Source: Polyangiales bacterium (lineage in GTDB: Bacteria; Myxococcota_A; Polyangia; Polyangiales; JADJQN01). From it: a stretch of DNA of 64,000 nt. Below, piece by piece: positions 52,917 through 62,144 of the stretch. Every line of letters starts with the position of its first letter. Positions within the stretch are counted from its first letter, which is position 1. Below the pieces are notes generated by a model. It ran no database searches and was not told the DNA's origin. It worked only from the letters and a program-made list of their open reading frames with translations. The position numbers were made by a program, and so were the translations under genes. The DNA is taken from NCBI GenBank assembly GCA_964202905.1, contig CAXNJO010000006.1, forward strand, positions 288,001 to 352,000. The letters run 5' to 3'.

Positions 52917-55478
52917 ATGCTCCCCCCGCGCCGCCTCTCCCCGCCCTGTGCCCGCACGACGGGCCTCCCGCTCTGCGCGCTCGTCGCGCTCCTCGCCGCG
53001 GGCTGCGGTGACTGCGGCGGTGGTGGTGGTGGCAGCCCAGGCCCCGCGTGCGTGAGCACCGCGGACTGCGCGACCGGCGAGGTGTGCCGCGACGGGATGT
53101 GCGCGCCGCGGCCCGACGCCGGCGTGACCGACATGGGGCCGTTCCCGCCGGGTGACGCGGGCCCCGGCGAGGGCGGCACGCCCTGCACGCCGTGCGGGAC
53201 GGAGTGTTGCGCGGTCGGCGCGCTCTGCGTCGCCGGGACGAGCTGCGCCCCCGATCGCGGGCCGTGCGCGAGCACCGACGACTGCCCGGGCGACGACTAC
53301 TGCGAGCCGACGCTCGGCCGCTGCGTCCCGTACGAGCGCCCGCCCGCCGTCGATCGCGACCCGGCGTGCACGCGCCTCGTGCCGCCCGGTACCTTCTCGC
53401 CGACGGTCGAGTGTGCGTTCGACACCGCGCCTGCCGGGGACGCCTTCCCGGCGCATCTCCACGTGCTCTCGACGCCGATGGTCGTCGATTTCGGCATCGG
53501 GCGTGGGCCAGACGAGCCACGTCGACCGTCCATCGTTGCCGTCTTCGATGATGGTGTCGATGGGTCGAGCGAAGAGCCCACCGGCGTGATCCGCGTGCTC
53601 GACGGGCGCACCTGCACGCAGCAGGCGGAGCTCGGCAGCCTGCAGCTCGTCGCGCACAGCGCGCCGCCCGCGGTCGGCGATCTCGACGGCGACGGACGCC
53701 CGGAGATCGTCGCGTACAAGGCCGGCGGCGGGCTCGTCGCCTTCCGCTACGACGCGACCGCCGGCGCGTGGGGCGTGCTCTGGCGCGCGACACAGGCGGA
53801 CGGGACGACGCCACTTACCATCACCGGAGGCGGTTGGGCGGGGCCGTCGCTCTACGACCTCGACGACGACGGACGGCCCGAGGTGATGCGTGGCGGGCTG
53901 GTCGTCGACGCGGGCGGTCGGCTGCTCTTCGACGGCGCAGGCGTCGATCTCGCGTCGTATGGGCAGGGCACGTTCGCGGTCGTGGCGAACGTCGACGCGG
54001 ACGAGACGCCCGAGCTCGTCGCCGGGCACGGCGTCTGGCAGTGGAGCCGCGTGGACCGGCGCTGGGAGCGCGAGTCCTGGGGGACGACGCTGCAGGCGGT
54101 GGGGCACGTCGCGATCGCGGACTTCGGGGCGTATCCGGGCAGCGTCGCGTGGCCCGCGGATGCGCCCGAGGTCGCCGTGATCACGTCCGGGAGCGCGCGC
54201 GTGCAGACGCTCGACGGGACGGTGATCTTCGGCCCCGTCGCGCTCGTCGGCGGCGGCACCGGGGGGCCGCCGACCATCGGCGACTTCGACGGTGACGGCC
54301 TGCCGGAGCTCGCGAGCGCGGGCGGCTCGGCCTACAACGTCTTCGACCCGGACTGCACCGCCTCGCCCCGCGCGGGCGGGACGTGCGCGACGGGCAGCAC
54401 GACCGGCGTGCTCTGGTCGCGCCCCTCGCAGGACCAGTCGAGCAACGTCACCGGCTCGAGCATCTTCGACTTCGAGGGGGACGGCGTCTCGGAGGCCGTG
54501 TACGCCGACGAGTGCTTCGTGCGCGTCTACGACGGCCGCAGCGGCGACGTGCTCTTCTCGCAGTCCCACTCCTCGTGCACCTGGTACGAGAACCCCGTCG
54601 TCGCGGACGTCGACGGCGACTTCAACGCCGAGATCGTCATCGGCGCCAACTGGAACTGCCCGTCTCCGGGCTTCACCACGGGCCGCGACTGCCGGTCGTC
54701 CGGCATCGACGTCGGCGGGGTCGATCCGCTCTTCCCCGGCCTGCGCTGCCGCGAAGACGCCGAGTGCGTGAGCGGCCGCTGCGTCGAGGGCCTCTGCCGC
54801 TGCACGACGAGCGCCGAGTGCTGCGTCGGACCGGGCTGCGACAGCGCGGCCTTCGTGTGTGTGGCGCCGCCCGCCGGCACGCCCGGCGCGGGCGACACCT
54901 GCCGCGCGTCGCGGCCCGTCGGCGTGCGCGGCATCCGCGTCTTCGGCGACGCGGCCGACCGCTGGGTCCGCTCGCGGCCGGTGTGGAACCAGCACGCCTA
55001 CCACGTCACCAACGTGACCGAGGCGGGCGGGATCCCGCGCACCTCGGCCGTCGAGCGCAACTGGGCGACGCCCGGCCTCAACCACTTCCGCCAGAACGTG
55101 CAGGGCACCGCGATCCCAGGCGCGTCGCCGGACATCACCGCGCGCGCCGACGCCCTCGCGTGCGACGCCGGCGGCACCGCCGACATCCGCGCGGTCGTGT
55201 GCAACCGCGGCACCGACGACGTCAGCGACGGCGTGTCGGTCGCGTTCTACGCCGACGATCCCGCGGCCGGCGGCGTGCTCCTCTGCGAGGCGCGCACCGC
55301 GGGCGACCTGCGCCCGGGCGCGTGCGAGGTGGTCGGCTGCCCGTGGATGGACGCCCCGCGCGGCGCGCCCGGCGTCGACGTGTACGTGGTCGCCGACCCG
55401 CTCGGCGAGACCTTCGAGTGTCGCGAGTCGAACAACACCGTCGTCTACCGCGGCGTGTTCTGCGGCGTGCTCTTCTAG
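52917..55478 (+). CDS. FG-GAP/VCBS beta-propeller lipoprotein with CARDB-like C-terminus (paralog of 37242..39674)
   Basis: Lipobox AAGC; DLDGDGRPEIV, DFDGDGLPEL, FDFEGDG, WNQHAYHVTNV, VCNRG, ECRESNN. Confidence 0.88.
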   Translation: MLPPRRLSPPCARTTGLPLCALVALLAAGCGDCGGGGGGSPGPACVSTADCATGEVCRDGMCAPRPDAGVTDMGPFPPGDAGPGEGGTPCTPCGTECCAVGALCVAGTSCAPDRGPCASTDDCPGDDYCEPTLGRCVPYERPPAVDRDPACTRLVPPGTFSPTVECAFDTAPAGDAFPAHLHVLSTPMVVDFGIGRGPDEPRRPSIVAVFDDGVDGSSEEPTGVIRVLDGRTCTQQAELGSLQLVAHSAPPAVGDLDGDGRPEIVAYKAGGGLVAFRYDATAGAWGVLWRATQADGTTPLTITGGGWAGPSLYDLDDDGRPEVMRGGLVVDAGGRLLFDGAGVDLASYGQGTFAVVANVDADETPELVAGHGVWQWSRVDRRWERESWGTTLQAVGHVAIADFGAYPGSVAWPADAPEVAVITSGSARVQTLDGTVIFGPVALVGGGTGGPPTIGDFDGDGLPELASAGGSAYNVFDPDCTASPRAGGTCATGSTTGVLWSRPSQDQSSNVTGSSIFDFEGDGVSEAVYADECFVRVYDGRSGDVLFSQSHSSCTWYENPVVADVDGDFNAEIVIGANWNCPSPGFTTGRDCRSSGIDVGGVDPLFPGLRCREDAECVSGRCVEGLCRCTTSAECCVGPGCDSAAFVCVAPPAGTPGAGDTCRASRPVGVRGIRVFGDAADRWVRSRPVWNQHAYHVTNVTEAGGIPRTSAVERNWATPGLNHFRQNVQGTAIPGASPDITARADALACDAGGTADIRAVVCNRGTDDVSDGVSVAFYADDPAAGGVLLCEARTAGDLRPGACEVVGCPWMDAPRGAPGVDVYVVADPLGETFECRESNNTVVYRGVFCGVLF

Positions 55479-55515
55479 GCGCTGCGCGCGCTCCGCGACG
55501 CGGGCGGGGGCCGCA

Positions 55516-55592
55516 CGCGCGGCGCTGAATGGCGATTCAGTCGCGGGGGCGCGCGGCGCTGAATGGCGATTCAGTCGCGGGGGCGCGCGGCG
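55516..55592. repeat. Two tandem 34-bp hairpin units between convergent genes
   Basis: cgcgcggcgCTGAATggcgATTCAGtcgcggggg x2 (CTGAAT at 55525 and 55559). Confidence 0.85.
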
Positions 55593-55599
55593 CGTCCCG

Positions 55600-57219
55600 T
55601 CACGGCGTGACGAAGACCCAGCTCCCCGGCCGGCGGCGGTCGGCGAACACGCCGTGCCACGAGGCCGGCAGCGTCGGCGTCGACCACGAGAAGAGCCAGC
55701 GCGCGTCGGCGGGCGCGAGGTTCACGCAGCCGTGACTGCGGACCTGCCCGAACGCGTTGTGCCAGAAGGCCCCGTGCAGCGCGAAGTTGCGGTCGAAGTA
55801 CATCGTCCAGGGCACGTCCTCGATGGAGTAGGCGCCGTCCGCCGAGGCCTCGTCGTCCATCGTGGTCGAGACGTGCTTCGACTGGATCTGGAAGAGGCCC
55901 GTCGGCGTCTCGTGCCCCTCCTTGCCCGTCGAGACGAGCGTCGTGAACACGGGCTCGTCGCCCTCGTACGCGACGAGCACCTGCGTCGAGAGCGTCACGT
56001 GGACCCAGCGATCGGTCTCGCGGACCTGCGCGGGGCGCGGGATGCGCGCGGCGAGGCGGACGCTCGGCTCGCGCACGAGCACGCCCTCGTCCGACACGAC
56101 GTAGCGCTTGTCCCGGCGCCAGAGATCGTCCTGCGCGACGACGAAGGGCGTGTGCCGATCGAGCGTGCCGTCGTCGACGAGCGCGCCCGTCGCCGGCTCG
56201 AGGTGCAGGCGGCGCACGCCGCTGCGGAAGACGAAGCCCATCGGCAGCCGCCAGCCGCCGCCGAGCACCACACCGCGCATCGCGGGCGGGGTCGCCATCA
56301 CGACCTCGTCGCGTTCGACGTAGCCGCCGCGCACCGTGCGGTAGAAGCTGCCCGTCTCGCCGTCCTCGCTGCGGTCGAGGCTCACGTAGAAGCCCTTGAG
56401 CATGCGCATCCGCAGGTAGTCGGGGAGCGCGTCCGCGGGGCTCGCGACCGCGTTGCCGACGACCTCCGCCTGACCGGGCGGAGGCGGCGCGACGACGGAG
56501 TCGGCCTGCACCGGCGCGTCGCTCCCGGGGGGCGTCGGGGCGGTGCCGGCGTCGGCGGCGGCCGCGAGCGCGGCGAGCCGATCGTCCTCGGCGCGGAGGG
56601 TCGACATCACGCGCCCCGCCGACGCCTGCTGATCACGCGTCGGGAGCGCCCAGAATTGCGGCACGTCGTCGCGCACCGTCTTGCCGTACGCGTAGGGCAG
56701 GGCGTCCTCGAGCGCGGGGGGCACCGGCGACGGCTCGAAGGTCTGCGGCGCGTCGCCGATCTGAAAGCCGTCGCCGCGGCACACGAAGCCGTCGCCGGGG
56801 AGCTCGTGCCAGCCGCCCGCGCAGCCGGTCCCGCGGATGGGGGCCTTCGCGCGGAAGGTCGCGCCCCGGCGCATGTAGCCGACGACGCGCGCGCGGCTCG
56901 AGGGCTCGGCGAACACCTGCGCGAGGAAGTGGTAGACGACGCCGTGGCGCGGCCACGCCTGCTCGAACGCCTCGCGCTCGGCGGCCTCCCGCGCGCGCGC
57001 CTCGGCCTCGAGATCGCGCGGGGGCGGCGCGGGCGGCGCGGGCGCGGGGCGCGGGGCGGGCGGCGTCGGCGGCGGGGTCGAGGCCGTCGGCGCAGGCGCG
57101 GGCGTCGGCACCGAGGCCTCCGGGGGCTCGTCGCGCGGGGCGTCCCCGTCGCAGGCGCCCGGCGCGAGCAGGAGCGCGGCGAGCGCGGCGGGTCGGAGCA
57201 GGCGTCGAGCGTGGGACAT
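55600..57219 (-). CDS. L,D-transpeptidase (YkuD) lipoprotein
   Basis: Lipobox PGAC; Pro-rich linker; LVSTGK, TPTGLF, ALHGAFWH, SHGCVNL. Confidence 0.92.
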   Translation of the reverse strand: MSHARRLLRPAALAALLLAPGACDGDAPRDEPPEASVPTPAPAPTASTPPPTPPAPRPAPAPPAPPPRDLEAEARAREAAEREAFEQAWPRHGVVYHFLAQVFAEPSSRARVVGYMRRGATFRAKAPIRGTGCAGGWHELPGDGFVCRGDGFQIGDAPQTFEPSPVPPALEDALPYAYGKTVRDDVPQFWALPTRDQQASAGRVMSTLRAEDDRLAALAAAADAGTAPTPPGSDAPVQADSVVAPPPPGQAEVVGNAVASPADALPDYLRMRMLKGFYVSLDRSEDGETGSFYRTVRGGYVERDEVVMATPPAMRGVVLGGGWRLPMGFVFRSGVRRLHLEPATGALVDDGTLDRHTPFVVAQDDLWRRDKRYVVSDEGVLVREPSVRLAARIPRPAQVRETDRWVHVTLSTQVLVAYEGDEPVFTTLVSTGKEGHETPTGLFQIQSKHVSTTMDDEASADGAYSIEDVPWTMYFDRNFALHGAFWHNAFGQVRSHGCVNLAPADARWLFSWSTPTLPASWHGVFADRRRPGSWVFVTP

Positions 57220-57388
57220 GGGCCTCCCCCGCGCATCGCACACGCCCGCGCGCGGCGTCCAGAAAGCGGCGCGGCGCCCGTGCCGGCGTCCAAAAAACAC
57301 GGCGCGTCGGCGGGCCGTCTCCCCCGCGCCGTGGAAGGAATTTGGTCCGCGCGCGGTGCGTCTGATACCTGCGCGCCGAGGCTCCGCC

Positions 57389-60295
57389 ATGGCATCCCCC
57401 CGCCCGCTCGCCCTCGTGCTCCTCCCGGCCCTCGTGCTCTGCGTCGCGTCGGTCGCGCGCGCGGACGCGCCCCCCGTCGCGGCCCTGCGCGCCCGACTCG
57501 CGACGCTCGAGGCGCGGCGCCCGGAGGGTGTCCCCGAGGGAGCGCTGACGAGCATCGGCTACATGGTCGACACCGCGGACCGCATCGAGAACCGCTTCGC
57601 GCCGCAGTCCGAGAGCTGGCGTCGTCGGGCCGCGGGCTTCCTCGAGCGCGCGGAGGCCGGGCACGACCCGTACCCCGAGCAGCGCGGGAAGATCGTCAGC
57701 CGCGCGTACGTCTCGCCGATCAGCCAGCGCCGGCAGGGCTACACGGTCTACGTGCCGCCCGGCTACGACCCGGCGCGCGCGTATCCGCTGATGATCGTGC
57801 TGCACGGCGGCTCCTCGAACGGGAACCTCTTTCTCGGCGTCGTGCTCGGCAACAACATGAGCTGGCTCGAGTACGACCGCTTCCTCTGGGACGACTTCGA
57901 GCCGAAGTGGACGCCCGACTGGATCGTCGTCGCGCCCGATGGCTACGGGCAGGTGCTCTGGCGCTGGATGGGCGAGCAGGACGTCCTCGACGTGCTCGCC
58001 GACGTCGAGAAGCACTACCGCATCGACCCCGAGCGCGTGCACCTCAACGGCGTCTCCAACGGCGGCCTCGGCACGCACAACATCGGCATGCGCCACGCGT
58101 GGCGCTTCGCGACGGTCATCCCGATGGCGGGTGCCCCGAGCTGGCAGCAGTACGTCGGGTCACGGCAGACGGCCGCGGATCGCGCGGTGCTCGCGTCGCT
58201 GAGCGGCATGCAGCTGCTCGAGAACGCGTGGAACACCGACTACCGATACCATCATGGACGAAGTGATCCGGGGCCGATGCGACCGGCCTTCGTCGAAGAG
58301 CTCGACGCCGAGGTCGCGCGCCTCGGCGTCCCCGCGCGCGGCACCTGGTACGACGCGGGCCACGACCTGCTCTACATCGTCCACCGTCACGGCCGCTTCT
58401 ACGAACAGCTCGCTTCGGTGCGCCGCAAGACGCGCCTGCCCGAAGTCACGCTCGTGAGCGGCGACTACCGGGCGGCGCGGCAGCACTGGCTCACGGTGAC
58501 GCGCATCGAGGACTACCCCGTCATCGCCCGCCTCCACGCGAAGGCCGAGGGCGACACGCTCACCATCGAGACGCGCGGCGCGCGCGCGTTCTCGCTCGAT
58601 CTGCGGGACGCGCCGCTCGCCGCGGGCGAGGGCGCGCGCATCGTCGTCGACGGCGTCGAGGCGTACCGCGGGCCCCGCGCGGCGCTCGGCCACGTCGTGC
58701 ACCTCGTGCGCGGCGAGGGCGGCTGGCGCACGGGATTTCCGCCGCGCGTCGAGGGCTTCGAGAAGCGGCCGGGCCTCTCGGGTCCGATCGCGGACGCCTT
58801 CTTCGGGCGCATGGTGCACGTCTACGGCACGCGCGTCCCCGAGAACGCCGCGCTCCTGCGGCGCGCCGCCGAGCGGGGCGCGCGCGGCTGGCCGCTGTGG
58901 CTGTGGAGCGTGAGCCAGGAGGTCGTCGCGGACACCGCCGTCGACGACGCGCTGATGCGCGGCGCGACGCTCGTGCTCTACGGCGGCCCCGGTGACAACG
59001 CGCTGCTCGAGCGCATGCAGGCGCAGCTGCCCATCCGGGTCGAGCCGGGCGCGGTCGTGCTCGGCACGCGCCGCTTCGTCGGCGACGACGTCGGCACGCG
59101 CTTCATCCACCCGAACCCGCTCGCGCCGGACCAGTACGTGATCGTGCAGGCGGGCGCGTCGGCGAAGGCCGCCGCGGCGGGCAACAACCTCCCCGATTTC
59201 CTCCCGGATTACGTCGTCTACGACGGCGCCGCGACGCGGGAGCGGCAGCGCCTCGTGATGCCGCGCGCAGGCACGCTCGCGCTCGGCTTCTTCGACGATC
59301 GCTGGGCGGTCCGGCCCGACGCGCTCACGGCGGCGGCGACGGGGCTCTCGGGGGCGGCGCGTGCGCCTGCGCGTGCGTCGGCCCCCTCCCGGCGGGGCGC
59401 GCCGGGCGTGTCGGGGGCGGACGCTCGTCCCACCGACACCCTCTCGGAAGGGGGTGACGATGGTCCGATGCCGCGCGGCCGCGGCGCGCTCCACACGCAG
59501 TTTCCGCTCGATCTGCGCGGCGAGCCCGTCGTCCCGCAGCTGCCCATCCCCGCGGCCCCGCCCGCGCCGCCGCGCCCCACGGACTTTCTCGCCGGCGCGA
59601 CGGATCCCGTGGGCCGCCTCGCCCGCGTCGTCGCGCGCCGCGTCGCGTCCTTCCAGAACTTCCGCGCCGACATCCCCGGCGCGACGTGGGCGACCGATCC
59701 CGCGCTCGTCTGGAAGTTCCGCCCCCGCGCCGCGTGCCACCCCGCGCTCCGCGAGGCGGGCGTGCCCTTCGTCCCCCTCGCGGACGAGGACGCGGCGCAC
59801 CTCACCACGCCGGTCCCCGCCCCGGTCGTGGTGCTCCCGCAGCCCATCGGCGGCGTGACCTTCGTCGCCACGCAGCGCAGCGACACCGATGGCGACGAGC
59901 GCCTCGTCCTCAGCTGCGAGCTCGCCGCGCGCCTCCCCGCGGTCGCGGCCGTCCTCGCGCGCCACGGCGTCACGCGCGTCGACGTGCTCTCCGCCTACCG
60001 CGATCACCCGCGCCCGAGCTTCCACACCTTCGGCCTCGCGCTCGACCTCTCGACGTTCACGACCGCGGCCGGCCGCCTGCGCGTCGCGACGGACTTCGCG
60101 GTCAGCCCCGCCCACGAGACCTGCGCCGCGCCGCCCCCCTCCGACGCACGCGCGCGCGCGCTCCAGCGCATCGCCTGCGACCTCGCGCAGAGCCGCCACG
60201 TCTCCACGGTGCTCACGCCGAACTACAACGCCGGCCACCGCGACCACTTCCACGTCGACGTGCGCCCCGACGACCCGCGCCTCTTCGTGCGCTGA
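57389..60295 (+). CDS. Secreted alpha/beta hydrolase fused to a C-terminal extensin-like domain
   Basis: Signal peptide; YVPPGYDP...YPLMIVLHG, IDPERVHLNGVSNGG (GxSxG), DAGHD; C-terminus SFHTFGLALD, VLTPNYNAGHRDHFHVD. Confidence 0.85.
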   Translation: MASPRPLALVLLPALVLCVASVARADAPPVAALRARLATLEARRPEGVPEGALTSIGYMVDTADRIENRFAPQSESWRRRAAGFLERAEAGHDPYPEQRGKIVSRAYVSPISQRRQGYTVYVPPGYDPARAYPLMIVLHGGSSNGNLFLGVVLGNNMSWLEYDRFLWDDFEPKWTPDWIVVAPDGYGQVLWRWMGEQDVLDVLADVEKHYRIDPERVHLNGVSNGGLGTHNIGMRHAWRFATVIPMAGAPSWQQYVGSRQTAADRAVLASLSGMQLLENAWNTDYRYHHGRSDPGPMRPAFVEELDAEVARLGVPARGTWYDAGHDLLYIVHRHGRFYEQLASVRRKTRLPEVTLVSGDYRAARQHWLTVTRIEDYPVIARLHAKAEGDTLTIETRGARAFSLDLRDAPLAAGEGARIVVDGVEAYRGPRAALGHVVHLVRGEGGWRTGFPPRVEGFEKRPGLSGPIADAFFGRMVHVYGTRVPENAALLRRAAERGARGWPLWLWSVSQEVVADTAVDDALMRGATLVLYGGPGDNALLERMQAQLPIRVEPGAVVLGTRRFVGDDVGTRFIHPNPLAPDQYVIVQAGASAKAAAAGNNLPDFLPDYVVYDGAATRERQRLVMPRAGTLALGFFDDRWAVRPDALTAAATGLSGAARAPARASAPSRRGAPGVSGADARPTDTLSEGGDDGPMPRGRGALHTQFPLDLRGEPVVPQLPIPAAPPAPPRPTDFLAGATDPVGRLARVVARRVASFQNFRADIPGATWATDPALVWKFRPRAACHPALREAGVPFVPLADEDAAHLTTPVPAPVVVLPQPIGGVTFVATQRSDTDGDERLVLSCELAARLPAVAAVLARHGVTRVDVLSAYRDHPRPSFHTFGLALDLSTFTTAAGRLRVATDFAVSPAHETCAAPPPSDARARALQRIACDLAQSRHVSTVLTPNYNAGHRDHFHVDVRPDDPRLFVR

Positions 60296-60312
60296 CGGCG
60301 CGTGTCGTCCGT

Positions 60313-60840
60313 CTAGGGCTGACAACGAGACTGGACCGCGCGAACGAGCTCAGCCCGAGACCGGATGGTGCTCGTGCCGTCGTCGTCTTGCTGTTGCCAG
60401 TGCTCCATCAGCCTTCCTAGGTCCTCCATCGCGCGCCCGAATGCGCCGTTTTGCTGGCGGTCGAGCCATGCCTGATTCCGTTCCATTACGTCGTAGAGCT
60501 GTTCGGACCCTGCGCGTTGAAGGCGGAGCATGCGTGCCCGTCGTGCCCGGACCTCCGTGACATAGGCATCACAGATCGCGAGGTTGCGTTCGATCCGGCT
60601 CACGGGACGCGGCGGCGCGGGAGCGATCGGTGCTGCCGACGACACGACACCCGCGCTTGCGCGATCTCCGAGCCGTTGGCCATTCCAGGTCCCGAGTGGC
60701 CGCACGGGCCTGCCCGCTCCGGGCATGTTCATCCAGATACCGGTGAAACTCTCCCCATCGACCGTGAAGTCGAAACGAAGGGTTCCACTCGTCCCGTTCG
60801 GATCACGCCGCCGGACGGCGCCTCCCGCCGGTTGGTTCAC
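60313..60840 (-). CDS. Hypothetical protein or gene remnant with atypical (lower-GC) composition
   Basis: Open frame of about 175 codons from a GTG overlapping the patatin stop; protein-like composition (GTLRFDFTVDGESFTGIW...GTWNGQR); more A/T-ending codons than neighbours. Confidence 0.5.
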   Translation of the reverse strand: MNQPAGGAVRRRDPNGTSGTLRFDFTVDGESFTGIWMNMPGAGRPVRPLGTWNGQRLGDRASAGVVSSAAPIAPAPPRPVSRIERNLAICDAYVTEVRARRARMLRLQRAGSEQLYDVMERNQAWLDRQQNGAFGRAMEDLGRLMEHWQQQDDDGTSTIRSRAELVRAVQSRCQP

Positions 60841-62144
60841 CGCGGCAGCGGCCCCGGATCGCCGGGGGGCGCGAAGAAGGCGCGCACCTCGTCGGCGCGG
60901 CGCTTCGCGTCGCGGTGGCCGAGGTCCATCAGCGTCTTCGCGAAGCCGCCGTCGAAGAGCAGGAACGAGCCGAGGTCCGTCTCGACCGACTGGCCGAGAT
61001 CGCGCGCGCGCCGCAGCGCCGCGCCGACGAGCCGGGCGGCGCCGCGCCAGCGCGGGTGCTCCTCGCGCAGGTACTCGCCGGCGAGCACGCCGATGTCCTC
61101 CGAGGGGCGGAACACGAGCGTGTTCACGCGCCGGTAGTGCAGGCCGCGCTCCTGCGTGATCACGCGCATCACCTCCGAGAACTCGCCTTCGGGCAGGGTC
61201 TCCTCGAGCACCTCGATCAGGCGGTTCAGGCGCGAGAGCACCTGCAGATCGTAGTCGACCGGATCGAGAAGGAGCGCGTTCAGCACCTTGCCGAGCAGGA
61301 ACATCGGGTTGGGGTACTGCGCGAGCGCCGAGCGGACGCGCGTCGCGGGCGGATCGGGGTGCAGCAGCGAGACGACGACGAGGCGCGTCGCGCCCGCGCG
61401 GATCGCCGGCGAGATCGGCGTGTTGAAGCGCAGGCCGCCGTCGCAGTAGTAGGCGTCCCCGATGCGGCGCGCGGGGTAGAGCATCGGGATCGCCGCGGAG
61501 GCGAGCACGTGCTCGGCGGCGATGGGGCCCTCGCGCTGGATGCGGCGCTTGTCGCGTGAGCCCGCGACCTGTGTGCCTTCCGCGAGATGCGAGAAGATGG
61601 TCGTGCGCCCGCCCGCGACGTCGAGCGCGGAGATCATGAGCGCGCGCACGATGCCCTCGCGCACGTTCGCGTAGAGCCGCTGCCACGGGATCGTCTTCTC
61701 GACGATGTGCTCGAGCGGCCGGGGATCGAGCACCGCGCGGCCGTAGTGCTCGCCGAGGCCGCCGCGCGCGCGCCGCGCCCGGGAGAGCAGCGGCAAGGAC
61801 CGCGGCCAGCCGAGCAGGCCCGCCGGATCGAGCCGCAGATCGCGCGAGAGCTCCAGCGACTCCCACGTCCGGATGAGCCCGTGCACGCCGAGGTCCCCGC
61901 GGTCGGCGTGCGCCGCGAGGTAGGTCGCGTTGATCGCACCGACCGAGGTGCCCGTGAACACGTCGAAGGGGCTCGCGGCGTCCTCGCCGAGCCCGAGGAT
62001 CTCGACGATCCCCGCGAGCACGCCGACCTCGTAGGCGCCGCGTGCGCCGCCACCGGAGAGCACGAGCGCCGCCTTGTCCGGGCGGGGCCCGAACGAGCGC
62101 CGCGCGCTGCGGTCGCCGCGGTCGGTGTCGTCCGCGTCGCTCAT
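60837..62144 (-). CDS. Patatin-like phospholipase
   Basis: LVLSGGGARGAYEVGV, GTSVG, ASAAIP, DGG; ATGA overlap with the M3 peptidase stop. Confidence 0.93.
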   Translation of the reverse strand: MSDADDTDRGDRSARRSFGPRPDKAALVLSGGGARGAYEVGVLAGIVEILGLGEDAASPFDVFTGTSVGAINATYLAAHADRGDLGVHGLIRTWESLELSRDLRLDPAGLLGWPRSLPLLSRARRARGGLGEHYGRAVLDPRPLEHIVEKTIPWQRLYANVREGIVRALMISALDVAGGRTTIFSHLAEGTQVAGSRDKRRIQREGPIAAEHVLASAAIPMLYPARRIGDAYYCDGGLRFNTPISPAIRAGATRLVVVSLLHPDPPATRVRSALAQYPNPMFLLGKVLNALLLDPVDYDLQVLSRLNRLIEVLEETLPEGEFSEVMRVITQERGLHYRRVNTLVFRPSEDIGVLAGEYLREEHPRWRGAARLVGAALRRARDLGQSVETDLGSFLLFDGGFAKTLMDLGHRDAKRRADEVRAFFAPPGDPGPLPR

